NCBI RefSeq assembly: GCF_009914755.1
Contig: NC_060929.1
DNA length: 64,000 nucleotides
Source of the DNA: the human T2T-CHM13v2.0 reference genome, Homo sapiens
Direction: 5' to 3' (one strand)
Below, in pieces: positions 58,530 through 64,000 of this stretch. Both the position numbers and the translations under genes were made by a program. Position 1 is the first letter of the stretch; each line of letters opens with the position of its first letter. The notes beneath the pieces are model-generated. The model was given only the letters and a program-made list of their open reading frames with translations. It had not been told where the DNA came from and ran no database searches.

Positions 58530-60430
58530 TTCATTCACTTATTAATTCAGTTAACATTAATTTAATGGCATGTGCTATGAAGTGCCTGCTCCAAGGGCTA
58601 CAGTCTATTGTCCAAGGGGCAGAGTGATTTTTCTAAATTATCTCACCATATCACACTCCTGCCTGAAACCCTCTAATGACTTCCCTTTGCAGTTGTACCA
58701 CCCTCTCCAAGTTATTACTTGTCTCCCTGTCTCTCCTAATCTCATATTCCCATACTCTCTCTCTCATTCATCAAGCACTAGCCATACTGGTTCTTTCCTG
58801 TCTCGTTGATAGTCACATTTTTTTGGCTAGTTTTTCCTTCTACTTGAAGACTTTCCTCCCTTACATGGTGCCTCCTCGGTATCAATTAAACACTACTACT
58901 TAAGAGAAGCTTTCTCTGACAATTCCCCCCCCCCACTCTTTTTCACATACCTGATTTTACACTATTAAGAGCATTTATCAGTACCTAAAATTCTGCACTC
59001 ATGTGTTTACTGTGTTCTCCCCCCTAGACTATAGGTCCATCAAAGGTAGGGACTCAATATATTTTTTTCACCACTGAATCAGCAGCAAAAGATCAGTACC
59101 CAGTACACAGTAAAGGTCAACAAATATTTGTCTAGTGTGACAGAGAGGCAGACATGTGAATAAAATTATGCCAATTGTAAGAAAGGTAAAATGCAATATA
59201 TTATAAAAGCCCAAATAAAGAAGATGTTCAACACTGCGAGGGAAGATTGACTTTTTGGGAAACTTTTTGTTGGTTACAGAGAAGAAAACAGATTGGAAAA
59301 GAACAGAACTAGAACAGGGAGAGTAGTTACGAAGTCAATAGAATCATCAGGAAAGATAATAAGGGCCTGAATAAAGGCATGGCAACAGAAATGGAAAAAA
59401 CAGATTTGCAAGTATTTCAGAGATAAAATCATTACCATCTGGTCTCAGATTGGATATGTGGAATAAGGACAAGGAACGAGGTTAAGATGTCTCCTGGGTG
59501 TCTTATTTGGCCCAATTAAAGTACTTCTCTTAACCCAGAAAGATTTTTAGAATAATGAGATAATTAGCCAGTTTGAAACATATTAGGTTTGATGTACTTG
59601 ACGACATGGTTACGATGCTGAGTAAGCAGCAAAATTGGTCAGGAGCCCTCAAGCTTAAACACAAATTTGAGAGTCAATCATTCAGTCAACAAATATTTAC
59701 CCAGCACTTACTATGTCCCAGGGCTGTTCTAAGCACCAAGGATGCAATGGTGAACAAAACAAAGTACTTGTCTCCTCACAAAACTTACATTCCAGGGAGA
59801 CAAGAAATATATACCGTAATATCAGTAGTGACAAGGGCTATGAAAGAAAAAGCAATAATGCCAGGCACAGTGGCTCATACCTACAATCCCAGCACTTTTG
59901 GGGGGCCAAGACAGATGGATCGCTTGAGCCCACGATTCAAGACAAGCCTGGGCAACGTGGCAGAACCCTGTCTCTACAAAAAATACCAAAAAATTAGCCA
60001 GGCTTGGTGGCGTGTGCCTGTACTCCCAACTACGTGGGGGTGCTGAAGTGACAGGATCACTTGAGTCCAGGAGGTCGAGGCTGCAGCGAGCCATGATCAT
60101 GCCACTGCCCTCCAGCCTGGATGACAAAGCGAGACCCTGTCTCAAAAAAGAAAAGGCAAAACGATTAAAAAAAAAAAATGACAAGTGACAGTAAGAGGAG
60201 CTACTTCAGACACAGTGATCAGAGAAGGCCTCAGTGATGATAAGGTGACATTTGAACAGAGTTAAACAGTGAGGGATTAAGTAATAGAAATATTGGAGGA
60301 AAAACAATCCAGAAAGAATATGATAAAAGTACAAATTTGGGTCAAAGAAAATATGATTAGGAATGACCAGCATAGAAATCATTTCACTAAACACAGTGAA
60401 TCAGGAGACAGTTAGGAAATGAGAATGGTA
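58530..60430. mobile_element. Cluster of degenerate L2 fragments in both orientations
   Basis: 'cattcattcac', 'cattcagtcaacaaatatttacccagcacttactatgtcccagg', 'tcagagaaggcctc'. Confidence 0.6.
59860..60178 (+). mobile_element. AluJ
   Basis: J-type Alu ('gatcgcttgagccc', 'gaggtcgaggctgcag') with A-rich tail. Confidence 0.9.
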
Positions 60431-62639
60431 GTAGAGGTAGCCAGGGACTAGATTACAATGACAGTATTGCATATAGTGGCAATTTATTTAAAAGTAATTA
60501 TCTACCTTGCAAATACCACCTTCCAGTATGTAATACAGTGCTGAGAAAAGAGCAGGTGCTCAATGTATTATTTTCAAATACATGAGTGAATAAATTAGTG
60601 AATTAATAACTTCCCAAATTTGAGTCCGATTATATCTGACCATTTCCCAAACTCCAATTCATCCTTGAAGGACAAACCAAACAGCAATTTGAAGGACTAA
60701 TAATATATAGGATAAATTTAAAGGCCTTACAAGCTTTAGCAATCTTCACAAGTAGAATTTTAAAATGTTTTGAACAATAGTAACATCAATGGTTCCATTG
60801 ATGTTGGTTCCATTGATCCTGTCCCTTGCAAGAAGAATGCTTAAAAGAAAACGACATCTACTTAGTAAGTATATAATTTCTGGGATGTCTGCGAAATTAA
60901 TCCATCACTCCATAAACTACATTTAGTAATATTTTAATAATCAAATTATCACTTTAGACAAAGTTCAGATCATGTGGAACGGTCACTGGTTTACTGCACT
61001 ACTTCAGCTTTATTCTAAGGAAAGTCATTTAAAATGGTTGGAAAAAGGAAAATGATGTGCCAGTATATATAAGAGCAATAAATAATATAATCCTGGTTAA
61101 AAATATACATTTACTGCATTATATCACTCTTAATAGAATCAAGCAATCACTTAAAATTCACCACTAAAAACAAGTATTCTTTTGGTAGCTAATAATCTAC
61201 ACTCAGTTTAAATCTGCTCAGTGAACTTTTTAAATAGTCTAGACTCAGAGTCAGCAAGGATCTGTCAAGGTTATATTAAGTGTTCCCATCTTCAGGAAAT
61301 TCCCAACTCACTGTTTTCCACACTTCCAAAGAGTGTATGTATAAAAATTTAATACACTTCAAGTATTTAAAATAAATTAATACTCATAGTTAATTATCAG
61401 CATTTAGAAAATGTACTTCATCAGAAACTTCTTTACCTTCATACACTTCAGTATTTTTGTTTCACTTTCATATTTACTCTAGTGCTTTTGCATACTGAAA
61501 TAAGTAAAAATTTTCTTTATTTTAAAAGTGTATGCTAAAACAACACATGTTGCCAAGTTGCTGTCAGGTATTTAATCAATTTCCTACAAAATACCCGGTT
61601 TAAATTTCTCGGAGACAAGCACCAAAAGAAAGGCAGTGGAATCTTTTTCTATTCCAACTCTCACATCACTATTTCTTAGGGGGCAAATAATCACTGAAAA
61701 CAACAAAAAAATCTAAATATTAAAACTTATTTTAAATCAGGGAACATAAAGAGGTAGCAAGTACAACAAAAGAAAAATGTAATTCATCTATATAGCATAC
61801 TCTATTTAAAGGGTCATCTGAAGAAAGGCTAGAAATAGCAAAATAGAAACAGAAAGCAATGAGAGAAACAAAAACAAGGCAGAAAGAGAAACAATCACAC
61901 AGAGATAGGTTATAAGTATCAATCAGATGTTAGATACTATCAGTCTAATAAAGTTCTAATATATCTATTAGAAAATCCATGACATTACTTTATGACTTCC
62001 GTCTATGTAAAACCCGGAGTGGTATAAGACAGTTCTAATGGTTCATTTTGAACTCTTAAAATAGAGAATCAGAAAAGATATTTATATATGTATGCTCTTT
62101 CAAGGAGAAGGATCTCTATTTTGTATTCTAACAACTTTTCAACTTTGATGCACAATTACAACTGCATGTTGTAAATCTAACATATTAACAAATATTGATA
62201 TTTCCACATGAGCACACTGTTGAACTGAGGATGTTTATCATCTTCCCTTTTTCTCTGTAGAAATACTAAACTGATTTTGGTAATCATCCCAGAAACATAA
62301 TTAGGTCAACACAAAACTTCTACTAGATTACAATTCTAATTTTTTCAACTTTCTAATCTGTAGTTTTGAAGTCTTTATAAATAATTTGATTATTTTTCAT
62401 TAAACAGTCATTCAAAAAAAAGTTCACCTATCTAGACATATTATTAACTGGCCAAAACCTGTTCAATGAAAAGTTCAGGCTGAAGACACAGAAGAGAAAT
62501 GGAGAAGATGATTTAAAATTTTTAAATTAAGGTGGAATTACTGTAATTACTTCAAACTTTATCCACTCATATAAACCCACTGACAATCCTAAAGAATCCA
62601 TCCACATCATAACACACCTGATACACATGAGCAGACTTA

Positions 62640-63040
62640 GATTAAAATAACTTTATATATACAACATGGTGATAAGACATAACATCAGGCATAAGAAGGC
62701 AGATACAACAGAGCATACACTCTTGTTTATCACCATGGATTAGTTTGGCCTGTTTTTGAACTTTACAAAAAGAGTACATCTACTGCATGAGTACATTTTA
62801 TAAAGTTCAAAAACCGGCGGCTAAACTAATCTATGGCATTAGAGGTCAGGATAGTGCCTTCCTTGGCTGGGAAAGTAGTGCCTGGAAGGAAACAGAATGG
62901 GAGCTTCCAGGGTATTGCAATATTATGTTTCTTGATCTGGGTTCTGATTCCCCATGTGTTCAATTTGTCAAAATTCTCAGAATTGTACATTTATAACAAA
63001 GACTTTTTGGATCTATGCTATCTTTCAATAAAGGAAAGTT
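62640..63040 (+). mobile_element. L1ME-type 3' UTR fragment with an internal inverted duplication
   Basis: 'ataaagttcaaaaac..aaactaatctatgg..ttagaggtcaggatagtg...tttcttgatctgggt'. Confidence 0.7.
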
Positions 63041-63329
63041 TTTATATAACATTTACTGTTTTCCCTGCAGTTCTGAAGGTCCTCAACAACTTACCCTTAT
63101 CCTACAAATCTAATACTAAAATTCTATATTCTTATGGTTCCTTTCAGTAAAATGTGTCATGCCTTTATTTATGCCTTATTTCCTCTAGATTTAACCACAT
63201 TCTACCCATCCAAGGTTGAAACAATCCTCCACTTTCTATGATTTTTTTTCCAGCTCACATCAATCTCTCCATTCTCATCTCTTTTGCTTTCACTGACCAT
63301 ACAAATAAGAATATGTAATATCTATTTCT

Positions 63330-63525
63330 TTACATCTATGTGCTAAAAATGTAATAAATATTTTACAAACATTTCCTTCAATCCTCAAATAAGTGTTATC
63401 TCAAAAGGAGATGAAGAAACACGCTCAGAAAAGGCAACTTGTCCAGCAGAGCCCTTAACTTCTCAAAGGCAGGATCAAGATTCAAATCTAGATCTGTCTG
63501 GGTACGACACCATGCTTTTAGTCAA
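63330..63525 (-). mobile_element. MIR
   Basis: 'agatgaagaaac..gctcagaaaagg...gcaggatcaagattcaaatctagatctgtctg'. Confidence 0.65.
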
Positions 63526-64000
63526 TACTAGACTGTCTTCATATCATGCAATCAGTACCTTATTAGATGTTATTTTGTCCATATTAGTTATATTTTGTAA
63601 CTTATTAGCTATCTTCATATAATCCTACTATCCATATTACATACGTATAAGCCAACTCCATATCAAGTCATACTTCACCTACTCTGAACTATGCTATGAG
63701 GCAATTACCTATTTGGAAAACCTGTACTCAAATGTAAGCACTCCAAAAAATGACAATAAAAATTCAAAGTATGTATCATCACCAAGTTTATTCACATGTT
63801 ATGCATAGTAGAGACTCTTAATTCTTCATCACAACCTATTTATCCTATTTTACATATATTAGCGTAAGTCCACACTTAACAGTTGCCATTCTACAGCACA
63901 ATAAAAGTAAAAAACAAAGAATTAAAGGACTCCTAAATATAGGGATAATAACTGCATTGTAAAGTGACAGCTGAAAGAAACGTAGAAGCATACAGGAATC

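Overview
Eukaryotic (human) genomic DNA with no prokaryotic content. The whole window lies inside the RICTOR gene (mTORC2 scaffold) on the minus strand. Four coding exons have clean AG/GT boundaries: 24546-24643, 7065-7129, 6042-6173 and 327-390. They splice in frame to ...EPSDNLREILQNVARLQGVSNMRKLGHLNNFTK|LLCDIGHSEEKLGFHYEDIIIC|LRLALLNEAKEVRAAGLRALRYLIQDSSILQKVLKLKVDYLIAR|CIDIQQSNEVERTQALRLVRK, which I recognise as RICTOR exons 3-6. The rest is intron dense in transposons: a full-length dead L1PA4-like element with a 17-bp TSD, older L1M remnants, about 17 Alus/monomers (including an AluYa5, supporting human origin), a complete THE1-type MaLR, a near full-length Tigger1 and many MER/MIR/L2/MST/MLT pieces. 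Almost all other ORF-track entries are repeat artefacts. I see no new multi-gene system. The best leads are: (1) an unidentified polyadenylated retrocopy whose antisense strand holds a candidate in-frame 102-nt RICTOR cassette exon; (2) an L1 antisense promoter pointing into RICTOR exon 3; (3) a tailless 5S rRNA fragment inside a THE1 LTR; (4) several template-switch or fold-back scars. Repeat family names come from my recall of consensus sequences, not from a database search, and boundaries of old repeats are approximate.
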